From contig NC_086097.1 in NCBI RefSeq assembly GCF_963921235.1, positions 116,562,001 to 116,626,000 on the forward strand: a stretch of DNA of 64,000 nt. Direction: 5' to 3'. Under the pieces are notes generated by a model. It did not search any database, had not been told where the DNA came from, and was given only the letters and a program-made list of their open reading frames with translations. Source of the DNA: Mobula hypostoma. Lineage: Eukaryota. Below are positions 49,353 through 61,120 of the stretch, one piece after another (within the stretch, counting starts at the first letter, position 1; each line of letters opens with the position of its first letter). The position numbers and the translations under genes are program-made.

Positions 49353-50034
49353 ACAAACCGCAAAGAAAGCAGGGGCATTGCAATGTCTTCTTTGTCATGG
49401 CATTTACAAAGATCCAAGACAGATTGCCTGAAATGATAATGGAAGGGAATTTAAAGTTACTGACCCTCTTCATCTTCTTGGTTGCCCTTTTCTGTTAAAC
49501 TCACAAACTCGCTTGATCAGGATGTGCAAGGCACCTTTTGCTGGCTCAAACGATAGAATAGAACAGACCCTTCTCTGAATGAAAGGTGGAAATCACAGTA
49601 CCTGGGTTTATCAGCTACCTTTGACATTCAGGCATGTATTAAAAATTTAAAGTTATTGAAAAGAAATAAAACTCACCTACAAATAAAACAAATTACACTA
49701 ACAACAATTTAAAATTTTGGAAAATTAAGTACATTTTTTTCTTGAGATGAAAACTTACCTTTTCACTTTCTTCACTTTTTATGATCTCCATTCATACCTT
49801 CGGGCATGTGACTGCTGCATTAGGTTCAACCTGGCACAGACCTTTGAGCTGATTCCCCAGTGTAAATAGTGAGAAATGCCAACACAATGTTCTTAAAGGA
49901 GAATCCAGTGGCAGAAAATATTTACTCATGGAAGATCAACTAACAATGATAAAGTTCAGGGCTCTCCAAACAACAACACATGTGCAACTAATTCAGACTT
50001 GCTGACATTCTAATGCCAAATCTGGGTCAATGAC

Positions 50035-50657
50035 TCAGTTTCGTTGGCATCTGTCTACCTTGAAGGACAATGGGTGATGATTATCATCACAAGCCTGAGG
50101 CAGAAAGTATGGAGATCCTGAGATGCCCTGTTGGCAAGATCCCCCTCTCGGCCTCACCAGTGTAGCCCAAAGGAAAGTTTATGAAGCAATCAGTATGGCA
50201 CCAGCTTGGCTGCAGAAGCTGCTGGAAAGATGTTCAATGATGTCCAGCCACTTGAGCGGCTCCACTCCGGATTTGCTGTCTGGGCTTACTCCTGTAGCTT
50301 TCTACTCTCCCAAGGCTGCCTACAGGAAGTGGGGGCTATTTACCCATAGTTGGGGATCTGGTCCAAGGGCACCAGGGCTTGTCCACACACTGATGGGCCT
50401 GTGAGCTAGATGTGCAGGGGCCAGAACTCTTCCCCATCCTCTGTAGTTCAGTCTGCCGAAAAGAGCTCAGTTTCTGTGCGTCGTCAGCGAGGAGGCAGTA
50501 CATGAGGCTTGCTGTTGGAGAGGCTACATACTGGCAGGGAGAGACTTACACCTTCAGCTCTCCTTTTCGCAAGAATGCTAGCCAACAGTGGAAGCTGAAA
50601 ATGAGAGCAGCATGCACTACTCATTACACTACGACATTAGACGCATCACAACAACCA
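50035..50657 (-). mobile_element. RTE-derived non-autonomous element (5'UTR joined to 3' end)
   Basis: RTE-type 3' end (CCATTGTCC..AGACAGATGCCAAC on minus) joined to RTE-like 5'UTR motifs (GGAGTAAGCCC..AAATCCGGAGTGGAGCC..GCTGGTGCCA); no ORF. Confidence 0.55.
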
Positions 50658-50964
50658 TTTTGACACTGAGAGCAAAATAAGTGATGCAGTATAAAATGGA
50701 TTTGATGGATATTGCTTCAGCTTCACACTTCCCATTGTTATTCAGTGTTGCATTTGATCATTAGGTCCATGGCATGCTTTTGTCCAGCATTTAATGATTT
50801 GATTTTCTCCTGAATGCAATGATTAATCATCACCCTTATCTACTCCTTATATTCTTATTTAAATAAAAAAACATACCTTTGTTAGGACAGGATGCAAGAA
50901 ACATGTGTGAAATTCAGCGATTAATATCAGGATTTTGAAAGGTAGAAGGCTTCATTAATTGATA

Positions 50965-51400
50965 ATATGGTAATTGATTTGTCATTACCGCAGGTACTCA
51001 GGCACAGTGAAAGTCTTGCTTTGTATGCTATCCATACCAATCATTTCGCCACATCAGTACATCAAGTAGCTCAAAATGAAAACATAACAAAAGGCAGGCT
51101 GTACTGTTACAGTGAAAGTGCAGTGCAGACAGACAATAAGGTGGAGAGCCTAGACAAGGAAGATTACGAGGTCAGGAGTCTACCCTATACAAGGGGACTG
51201 TTCAATGCTCGTACAACAGTGAGATAGTAGCTGTCCTTGTGCCTGGTGGCACGTGTTTTCTGGTATTGTATCTTCTGCCTGATGGGAGGGGTTAGAAGTG
51301 AGAATGACCAGAGAAGGTAGAGTTTTTGACTACGATGGCTGCTTTTTCTGTGGCAGTCAGTGGAGGGGGAAGTTGATTTTCATAGTGTGTCCACAACTCT
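50965..51400 (-). mobile_element. Rex1/L2-type 3' fragment
   Basis: Reverse complement of the PLPSGRRY coding region plus 3'UTR. Confidence 0.55.
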
Positions 51401-51957
51401 CTTTTTCTCTCCAGTGAAGACTCTGATTCCTGAATTATCCTGCAAATGAAAGGCACCAAAGCAAGGAGCAGGGTTTTCTATGTTGGCAGGGGGAGTAAAA
51501 TTAGAGAAGCTGGTTTAATTACTGTTGTGTAACTCATCCACTTATACACTGATATTGCCAGGAGCAACTTATGCCAAATTTTCCTGAAAATCTTATTAAC
51601 TTCTGCTAAAACATAAACACTAGCAAAAAAGCAAACATTAATCAACATAACTGATCAAGTCTAAGGAAATTGTAAAATGTAAGTCACTTCCATCTTGTCA
51701 ATATTTCATTACAGTGCTGAAAGTTAAAGCCCTAAGGTACTGATTTGTTGTTTACATACATTTAGCACAGAAATACCAAAAAAAGCTGAAGAAGATATTT
51801 TCTTTTTAACACAGAGTTTGACGCCATTTCAAACATAGATAATTTGGCATAATGAAGAAAGCTATCGTTTTTATCACATGAAGACAATTTCGAAATGCAC
51901 TCATACTTGTAGTAATTCAGTCATTTGTGAGTATTTGTATTATTCTCCATCCTTAAC

Positions 51958-52188
51958 TGGGCAATATCGTGGAAAAGTGCTACAATGGTGCCAGTGATCT
52001 GGGTTCGATTCCCGCCGCTGTCTATAAGGAATTGGTACATTCTCCCCCATGACCGCATGGGTTTCCTCCGGGTGCTCCGGTTTCCTCCCACGTTCCAATG
52101 ATGCACAGATTAGTAGGATAATTGGGTTTAATTGGGTGGTGCAACCTCCTTAGGTTTGAAGGGCCTGATAACGTGCTCTATCTCTACA
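51958..52188 (+). mobile_element. V-SINE/HE1-like SINE
   Basis: B box GGTTCGATTCC, V domain GGGTTTCCTCCGGGTGCTCCGGTTTCCTCCCAC, CR1-type tail. Confidence 0.85.
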
Positions 52189-52314
52189 CATATAATTAAA
52201 ATTCAATCAATCCACAGTAAAATGAGAACACATCTGATACAAATTGGCTTGCCATATTGTCAAACAACAATATCAGTGGCATTTACCTGTCATGTTTACC
52301 GATCATCTAATGGA

Positions 52315-55300
52315 GCATCAAACAGTACTGCACAGGAACACGCCCTTCGACCCACAATGTTATGCTGAACCAAATAAATTAGTAATCAAATGGCCAATCT
52401 CCTCTGCTAGCACAACATCCACATCATTACACGTTCCTCACTCATGTGTGCCTATCTAAACATCTCTTAAAGGTCTTCAATGTTTCTGCCTCCACCAGGC
52501 AGTGTACTCCAAGCACTTAGCACTCTCTGTGAAAAACTTGCCCTCACATCTCCTTTGAAATTAACCCTTCTCACCTTAAATGCATACCCTCATATTAAAC
52601 ATTTCAACCCCGGGAAAAAAGATACTGTCTGTCTACCCTGCCTATGCATCTCATAACCTTATAAACTTCCATCAGATCTCCGTTCACCCTCCACCAGTCC
52701 AGAGGAAACAACCTAGGTCTGTCCAGCCTTTCGTTATCGTACATGCCCCTCAATCCATGCAGTATCCTGGTAAACCTCTTCTATCCTCATCCTTCCTATA
52801 ATGGGGAAACCAGAACTCTATACAATACTCCAGGTGCAACCTAACTAGAGATTTATAAAGCTGCAACATATCCTCCTGACTTTTGAACTCAATGCATCTA
52901 CTAATAAAGGCAAGCATGCCCTATACCTTTTAAATCACCCTATCAACCTCTGTAGCCACTTTCAGGAAGTTATGAACTTGGACCCCAAAATCCCTATGCT
53001 CCTCAACACTGTACTGTCTTTTTACATTTAACCTACCAAGGTACAACACTTCCCAGTTGGCTAGGTGAAACTCCATCTGCCATTTCTCCATCCATATCTG
53101 CAAATAGTCCATGTCCCACTGTACTCTTTGCTAGTCATCTCTGCTGTCTACATCATGACCAATCTTTGTATCATCTGCAAATATGCATTTTCATCCAGGT
53201 CATTTATGTCACAAACAGAGATCCTAGTACAGGTCCCTACGGAACAACACTAATCACAGACCTCCATAGGTCCCTTCAACCACTACCCTCTGTCTTCTAA
53301 AGGTTCTGAATCCAAATAGTCAATTCACCTCAGATTCCATGCATCTTAATATTCTACATGAGCCTCCAATGAGGGATCTTGTCAAACGCCTTTCTAAAAT
53401 CCATGTAGAGAGCACCCACTGCTCTACCTTCATCAATCATCAAGAAACACTATTAAGTTAGTCAAGCACGACTTGTCCTACACAAAAAGATGCTGGCTCC
53501 CCCTAATTAGACCATGGTTTTCTGGTCGCTCTTCACCAGTCCTCTGGGATCTCACTTGTGGCTAGCAAGGACACAAGTTATTGGTTAAGGCCACAGCAAT
53601 CTCTTCATTGCCCTCTCAAAGAGGCATTCCACTGGTCGAGGTCGACCATGGATGCTGCGTTCCAGTTGTTTATGTGATATACAAGCCAGCGCAGTACAGT
53701 ATGGAAAGCAAGCTGTTGCCCGTGGAGCAGGCTCCCATTCTCCACACGGCTAAAGAATCCAAAGGAACGACAGAGACCAATACAATTTGGTACCAGTGGC
53801 ATAGCAGGAGTTGCCAGTCAAAGTTGAACTCAATAGAGGACTGCCTTAGGGATTCCAGCTCCAGATTTTCCCTCAGGGTTTACTCCCAAAACCTTCCCAT
53901 GAGTGGGTATAGCCACAAGGTCACAGAGCTTTGAGATCAGAGTTTCATTGCCAACCACAGCTGATGACCTCCATCTGCCTGAAGTGATTTGTTTCAAGGC
54001 ACCAGTAACCCACCTTTGCCCCTTCTGTCAGTAGAAATGGTTCTGTCAGGATTAGTAGCTAAGCCACACGTGAAGGCCAGGAGCTGGACTTGGTGGTCAG
54101 AGGCTATTTGAGATGCACACCATTGAGAGCTTTTAATGAGTAGTGGGAGCTTACATCCACTACCGCCCCTGGCTATAACAACCACAAGGAACCCCCCTTG
54201 CTCTTGAGGTATCATCGAAAACCTTGGGGTTTCTCTTTAATCCTAATTGCCAAGGACCTTTCATTGCCCCTTCTGACTTTTCTAATTTCCTGCTTGATTT
54301 CTTTTCTGACCTCTTTATGATCCTCAAGGGCTCTGTTTGATTCTAGCTTCCTAAGAGTTACCTACTTTTCCTTTTTCTTCCGGACTAAATTCATCACCTC
54401 ACATGACATCCAAGGTTCCCATTCTTGTCGTTCCTTCTGACTGGAACATATCTGTTCTGTACTCTCTGCTGTCGGTCTTTAAACACCCTCCACCTGTCAG
54501 ATGTGGACTTGCTCAAAATTAACTGTTGCCAGTGAACTCTTCCTAATGCTCTTCCTGCCTAATGCTCTTGCAATTTGCCTTGCTCCAATTTAATACTCTC
54601 CCACAAGGTCTAAACTTATCCTTATCTGTAAGTACACAAAACTTGAGGAGCAGTGGACACTGTCCCCTAGCTGCTCACCCACAAAAAGGTTGGTCACCTG
54701 GCTAAGCTCATTACCCAACACCAGATCCAATACAGCCTCTCCTCTTGTTAGACTATCCACATATTGACTTAAGAATCTTACTGAGTGCGCTTAACAAATT
54801 ATGTTCCATTTAAATCACTTGCACTCAGAAGGGCCCGGTTTATGTTAGGGAATTTGAAGATCCCCCCATGACAACAGCCCTATTGTTTTCACACCTTTCC
54901 TTAATATCCCTGTATATTCTCTGTTCCTCAATGTTCTGGTGGGCTATTGGATGGTCCATAGTACAATCCTGTCAGAGTGTTGGCACCCTTCCTATTTTTG
55001 ACTTCTCCCCATATGGACTCAGTGGATGAGCTCTCCAATATCTTCCACCTGAGTACTCCTGTGTTATTATCCCTGATTAGTAATGCACCTCCCTCCCCTT
55101 CTATTTTACCTCCCTCTTTATCTTTTCGAAAGCATTGCAACTATAGAACATGGGGCAACTTTTCCTGTCCTTCTCTTAACCATGTTTCTATAATGATCAC
55201 AGCATCACAGCTCCATGTAATAGTGATTCATGCTGTAAGTTAATCATTTTTACCCATTATACTCCGAGCATTAAAGTAGCACACTTCAAACTATCCATCC

Positions 55301-55580
55301 CATTGTATCTATTAATTTACTCCTGCCTGCTTTTCTATTAGCCATGACATGCACAGTATCTTCTTCACCATCCCTCACTTTCTTCCCTGTTTACATGTTC
55401 CCTTCCCCTGTGAAACTAGTTTAAACATTCCGGGATAGCACTAGCAAACCTCTCCAGAATAGTGGTTCCCCTCCAGTTTAAATGCAACCAGTCCCTCTTG
55501 TACAGGTCACCCTTGCCCCAGAAGTAGTTCCAATAATCCAAGAGTTTGAACCTCTGTCCCCTGCACCAGCTCCCTCATCT
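52315..55580 (-). mobile_element. Long decayed CR1 LINE with an RTE-SINE insert
   Basis: ORFs 52930-53112 (WQMEF..DFGVQVH) and 54928-55140 (APE: FRKD..GGALLIRD..ESIW..NRKG); ORF1-end sequence near 55420-55570. Confidence 0.85.
53620..54184 (-). mobile_element. RTE-derived non-autonomous element, second family
   Basis: Minus strand starts GGTTGTT, carries GGGAGTAAACCC..AAATCTGGAGCTGGA..GGCAACTCCTGC and ends CCATGGTCGAC..GAATGCC. Confidence 0.6.
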
Positions 55581-56399
55581 GTCACTTTCTCAACTGGTGC
55601 TGTGGTTCCTATCTTTGACAAACTAGTTTACTAGAGAACCTCCCAGTCATTTTAATATCTAAAATGGATTTAAATTATAACCCCTGTCAGCCATCTCATA
55701 TTTACTATTCAGTAAAATAGAAGAATGTAAATGCAAACAGGAATTTATTACGTCCTTCTTTTCATAAACAAATTATTCAACTGCTGAGGTTCATTAATTC
55801 ATTCTCATACTGTAACCATCTCTTTTATCATCTGTTGACAAAATCTACTCAAACCTAGCTAATATTCTTTAATGAAGAAACATTAATTTTTATCACAGGA
55901 AGTAAATTTCAATATGTACATAAGCTTTTAGTAATTCAATTCATTGACAGTTACTGTATTATTTGTCCATCCCTAATTGGTCTTCAGATGATAGCAGTGA
56001 GCCACTGCTTCAACTGTTTTGAAGAGTACACCTATCTATGCTGCGGTGACAATTATTGGTGTTGCAATAATTTAGTCAAGGGAAGATATCAGCAAGTCAA
56101 ACAACCCACGTCTATTACTCAAATAAAAAATTGTGGCCACCTTTAGAGGCCAGGGTTGGTTTCTGCCATGGTACTTTTATAGCACAAAGTATAGATGGCA
56201 ATACCTCTGCAGTGATTTTTCTCAATACTGGTGTCCCACAAAGCAAGGACCTCAGCGACTTACTTTACTCCATAACTCTGTGGATAAATTCTGCTCCAGA
56301 ACCATCTGCAAGTTTGCAAATACCACCACTGTAGTTAACCAGATCTCAATTTGCCACAGACAGACATGGAGGCCAAGACTTCAGGTATATACAAAGTGG

Positions 56400-56538
56400 A
56401 GACTGGTAGGTTCTTTGTGAGGCAAAGGATATGGGGAGAAGGCAGAAGAATGGAGTTGAGAGAGATAGTATATCTGACGTGATGGATTTGAGGAGCAGAC
56501 TCGATGGGCCGAACAGCCAAATTCTGCTATGTCTTATA
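56400..56538 (+). mobile_element. CR1 3' end
   Basis: GGATATGGGGAGAAGGCAG..GACTCGATGGGCCGAA..TCTTAT. Confidence 0.7.
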
Positions 56539-56539
56539 A

Positions 56540-56865
56540 TCATATCTTCACTTCCAAGTAGCCTCCACCTTCATGGCATGAATATCGATTTCTCCATCTT
56601 CCGGAAATGTTCCCCTCTTCCCCCTTCATTTTCATTCCCCATTCTGGCTCATTTCTCACCCTTTCTCTTCTCTTCATCCGTCTGTCATCTCCCTCTGGTG
56701 CTGTTCCTCCTCCCCTTTCTTCCATGACATACTCCCCTCTCCTATCAAAATCCTTTTTATTCACTCCTTTACCTTCTCCAGCTACCACCTGCCATTTTCT
56801 TACTTCATCCCCCAACACCCCCTCTCCACAATTTACCTGACTTCATGGATCACCTTCCAGCTTGA
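56540..56865 (+). mobile_element. Penelope-like 3' fragment
   Basis: ..HGMNIDFSIFR C-terminus followed by a pyrimidine-rich 3'UTR. Confidence 0.7.
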
Positions 56866-56994
56866 ATTCCTTCCAGTTTCAGCTGGATAAAACAAGTTTC
56901 AAATGGATGGAACCAGTTTCAGCTAGATAAAACCATCTTTAGCTGGTTCAAAATGGTTGAAAACCAGTTTCGGCCTGTTCAAACTGGAGCTTAA

Positions 56995-57332
56995 GGTAAA
57001 AGTAACTCTTTGGAGGCAGTAATCTTAATATGATAGAATTCACCTTGTAGTTTGAGAGAAAGCTGAAATCTGATTTATTAGTTCTACAGTAGAGTAAAGG
57101 GAACTCCAGAGGCATTAGAGGGGAACTGGCGGAAATTGATTGGAAGAGGACACTAGCAGAGTTGATAGCATAACAGCAAAGGCTGGAGTAATTCTAATGG
57201 CCCAGGATAGATTCAAGCCAAAAGAGAAGTATTCTAAAAAGAGGATGAGGTAAACATAGTTGACAAGGGAAGTCAAAGACAGCATGAAAGCAAACGAGAA
57301 GGCATACAGAATGGCAAAATGAATACAGGAAG
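56995..57332 (+). mobile_element. CR1 ORF2 fragment (APE-RT linker)
   Basis: NMIEF..GIRGELAEIDWKRTLA..LTREVKDSMKANEKAY. Confidence 0.7.
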
Positions 57333-58960
57333 GATGGAGCGTAGGTGCTTTGCGAAGCGGTCTCTCAATCTATACAGGAGGTCACATTGGGAGCACTGGA
57401 CACAGTATACGACCCCAACAGACTCACAGGTGAAGAGTTGCCTCACGTGGAAGGACTGTTTGGGGCCTTGAATGGTAGTGAGGGAGGAGATGTTGGGGCA
57501 AGTGTAACACTTGTTCTGCTTGCAAGGGTCAGTGCCAGGAGGGAAATCAGTGGGGAGGGACGAATGGACAAGGGAGTCATGTAGGGAGCAATCCTTGTGG
57601 AAAGCAGAACGTAGGGAAAGATGTGCTTGGTGATGGGATCCCGTTGGAGATGGCGGAAGTTCCAAAGAATTAAGTGTTGGATGTAGAGGCTGGTGGGGTG
57701 GTAGGTGAGGACAAGAGGAACCCTATCCCTGGTAGGGTGGTGGGAGGATGGGGTGAGAGCAGACATGTGTGAAATGGGAGAGATACAGTTGAGGACAGTG
57801 CTGATGGCGGAGGAAAGGAAGCCCCTTTCTTTGAAAAAGGAGGACACCTCCATGGTTCTGGAATGAAAAGCCTCATCCTGAGAGCAGATGCAGCAGAGAC
57901 AGAAGAATTGAGAGAGGGGGATAGATGGCATGAACATTGATTTCTAAAACTTCCTGTATCCCCTCCCCCACCTCACCATTCCATATCCTCTTTTTCCTCT
58001 CTCAACTTATCTCCTTGCCTGCCTATCGTATCCCTCTGGCAGACATCCCACCTCTCAAAATCTCATTTCTGGGAGGTAGCACGATCAATTTGCGGGAGAC
58101 TTCCGGGAGAGGTGGGATGTCTGCAATGGAGTAGCTCCTTAGCAGCTAGCCGGCTAATTTAAATAACGTTAGCTATGCTAATGAACGAATGACACCTGAT
58201 AAACTCACCTCAACGTGTCTTTTACAGTCTTAACCCACCAAGGGCAATAGAAAAGTCACTGTTGCAAACAGTGCAGCGAGCAACACTGTCATTATTTTGA
58301 CCCCTATTAGGCAGGGGAACACTTTAGTGTAGTCTAGGGTGACGTACGTTTTATTTTTTTTGGAACATTCTGCAATGGCGCGCTCTCTATCTCTCTCTCT
58401 CTTGGTCGCTCTTGCTCACGCGCTGTCGCTCGCTTTCTCTCTTGCTCTCTCTTGCGCGCGCGCTCTCTCTCGTGCTCTCTCTTGCTTTTCTCTTGCTTTT
58501 CTCTCGCTCGTTCTCAAAAAATTTGATTTCCATGATATTATATATAACTTGCGGGCATCAGGGAGCCACTATTAGTATGCGGGAGACTCCCGGAACTTCC
58601 AGGAGAGGTGGGATGTCTGCTCTGGTGCTTCTCCCTCCTTCTCTTTCTTTCACGGCCTTCTGTCCTCTCCTACCAGATTCCCTCTTCTCCAGCCCTGTAT
58701 CTCCTTCACCAATCAACTTCCCAGCTCTTCACTTCACCCCTTCCCCTCCTGATTTTACCTACCACCTTGTGCTTCTCTCTCCCCTCCCCTATACCTTTTA
58801 AATTTACTCCTCATCTTTTTCTCTCCAGTCCTGCTGAAGGGTTTCAGTTCAAAACGTCAACAGTCCTTTTTTTCCATAGTTGCTGCCTGGCCTGCTGAGT
58901 TCCTCCAGCATTTTGTGTGTGATGCTTGGATTTCTAGCATCTGCAGATTTTCTCTTGTTT
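57333..58960. mobile_element. Penelope-like element with a 5' inversion (minus 57333-57925, plus 57923-58960)
   Basis: Minus: IPLSQF..RVPLVLTYHP..C..CYTC..FTCESVGVVYCVQC..RFAKHLRS (thumb, Zn finger, GIY-YIG). Plus: DGMNIDF, 3'UTR and a hammerhead-like module at 58826-58865. Confidence 0.85.
58040..58619. mobile_element. Non-autonomous TIR DNA transposon (580 bp), hAT-like
   Basis: 17-bp perfect TIR CAGACATCCCACCTCTC/GAGAGGTGGGATGTCTG; exact 6-bp TSD CTCTGG at 58034-58039 and 58620-58625; GCGGGAGACT subterminal motifs. Confidence 0.88.
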
Positions 58961-59039
58961 ATCCAAGGCTCCATGACGCCTATCTTCTAAGTTGTTGTGA
59001 GCAAGTTTAATCAAGGCGCGCCATCTAGTTCTGTCTCAT

Positions 59040-59295
59040 GCCGGGGAGTAGGCCAACTATTAGCAATGCTGGCTTTCACGCAGCTTTATATTGCAGTCTA
59101 TAGAGCCGCTGCTTAGAGAGTCTGCGGTCCTCCATGTCCGCTCTATCGAAGCCGGGCTTTCAGGATCCTTGGCTTCAACACCATTAGTCTTTGCACTACT
59201 GAGGATTTCCAGATTTGTGATACGGTCATGCCAGTGGGTATCCATAATGGATCTCAGGCTGCACACGTGGAAGCGCTCCAGCAGTTTAGAAAAGG
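59040..59295 (-). mobile_element. RTE-clade LINE fragment
   Basis: LERFHVCSLRSIM..HWHDRITNLEIL. Confidence 0.7.
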
Positions 59296-59364
59296 CCTAC
59301 ACGTTAATGCAATTAATTAATACACGAAGAAGACATGCCAGTGGCTGTGCTTCAATTGGGAGTT

Positions 59365-60471
59365 TGTCATAAGGAGGTGGCTGGGAACGGAACCAAGTGC
59401 AAGACACAGATACTGAAGTACTAGGGACAGGACTAGGATACAGGGCGATGGCAAGGACATGCACAAGAATACCAGGAACCTGGAACAGGACTGAACAAGA
59501 GAGCTAGGAGCCCGGGCTTGGACTTCGAGCCAGAGACTGGACAAGGACCCAGTACCTGGGTCTTACCTCTAGCTCGGACCCCAGACCTAGGCAAGGACAA
59601 GGCTTGGCAGGCAGGCAGGACAAGGCTGGAGTCTTCAGGCTAGAAGCTCGAGGCTAGAGACTTGACTTGGCTTGACAAGAGACTCGAGGCTAGAGACTTG
59701 GCTTGGCTTGACTTGGCAAGAGGCTCGAGGCTAGGCAAGAGACGAGGTGAGGCTTGGCAGGAGACTAGAGGCTTAAGACTTGAGGTGAGGCGAGGCTGGA
59801 GGCTGGAGGCAGGAGGCAGGAGACTTGAGGCGAGGCGAGGCTGGAGGCTGGAGGCAGGAGACTTGAGGCGAGGCGATGCTAGAGGCTGGAGGCACGAGAC
59901 TTGAGGCAAGGCTTGGCAGGAGGCGGAAGACTTGAGGCGAGGCTTGGCAGGCTCCTCCTGGGCAGGGCGTGGTACTCCTGGGCAGGGCACGGATCACCAC
60001 CCGACAGAGGCAAGGGACAGGAAAGGACAGAACCAACCCCAGGTAACGGCAAGATGGCCTGGCTTACCTGGGTGGAGGCAAGGGACAGGAAAGGAGCTAG
60101 GTACAGGGTGGCTCCAGGACAAGACTGCAGGCTAAATGAGGCGAGAGTTACCGGCAAGACAAGACAAGGCTTCTGGCAAAGCAAGGTGAGACAAGAACTT
60201 CAGGCGAGGCAAGAGTTACTGATAAGTCAAGGCAGGGCTTCAGGTGAGGAAACAGAAGGCAGGGGAAGGGATACAAGGAGTAAGGACAAGAACAATCCAG
60301 CAGCCACACCCTGGTCTCTGAAGGTATTTATGCAGCCAGCCCCAACGAGCATCAGCTGCCTCAATTAGAGCTCAACAAGAACAGAAACAGGGTAGACAAG
60401 AAAACCTGGAGCAAGTGTTGACAGACCGGACCATGAACCGGAATACAGACTTCAGAGACCAGACTATGACA
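59365..60471 (-). mobile_element. Gypsy-type solo LTR, family A (1107 bp)
   Basis: TGTCAT...ATGACA; exact 5-bp TSD GAGTT at 59360-59364 and 60472-60476; collinear with 9878-11158. Confidence 0.9.
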
Positions 60472-60679
60472 GAGTTTGAGATTTGGTATGCCGGTTTTAC
60501 TGCAGGCTTCCCCAGTAGCCACGTTTCCTGAAACAGTGGAGATGTGCCCTGCACTTCCAGCTGCTGTGCTTGCTCCCAGGGTGGTCTGCAGTCCTGAGCC
60601 TGCGAGTTCTGATTGCTAGTTTTAAATTACTTGAAATGCTGTTACTTAGTCTGATTGCGGTCTTGGACAGGACAACTTC

Positions 60680-61120
60680 CATACCAGGTTGCAACGCGCC
60701 CGAGAAGAATGCTTTCTATGGTGCATCTATAAAAACTAGTGAGGGTTTTAGGGGACAGGCCAAATTTCTTTAGTATTTTCAGGAAGTAAAGGCGCTGGTG
60801 TGCCTTCTTGGCAGTGAACTCCGTTTGGTTAGACCAAGAAAGGTGCTGCCAAAGTTATACCAACATGTCTCCTGCCCCACTAGAGGCCTGAATATACTTG
60901 AGCACTGCTACACAGCAGTCAAGGATGCCTACCGTTCCGTCCCACGACCTCACTTCAGAAAATCGGACCATCAGGCCCTATATTCCTCCTCCTGGCTTAC
61001 AAACAGAAACTGAAGTGAGAAGTCATGGTGTCAAAAGTAGTGTTGCGTTGGATGGAGGAAACAGATGAGGTCCTCCATGACTGCTTTAAATCAGTGGACT
61101 GGTTAGTATTCAAGGACTCG
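60680..61120. mobile_element. Rex1/Babar fragments in opposite orientations (RT end minus 60680-60835; APE plus 60840-61120)
   Basis: Minus: AKKAHQRLYFL. Plus: YQHVSCPTRG..LEHCYT..PRPHFRKSDH. Confidence 0.75.

Noticed and set aside
9878..60471. Two same-orientation family-A LTRs as the ends of one 50-kb element
   Set aside because: Each LTR has its own matching TSD (CTCAA; GAGTT), and no gag/pol lies between them.
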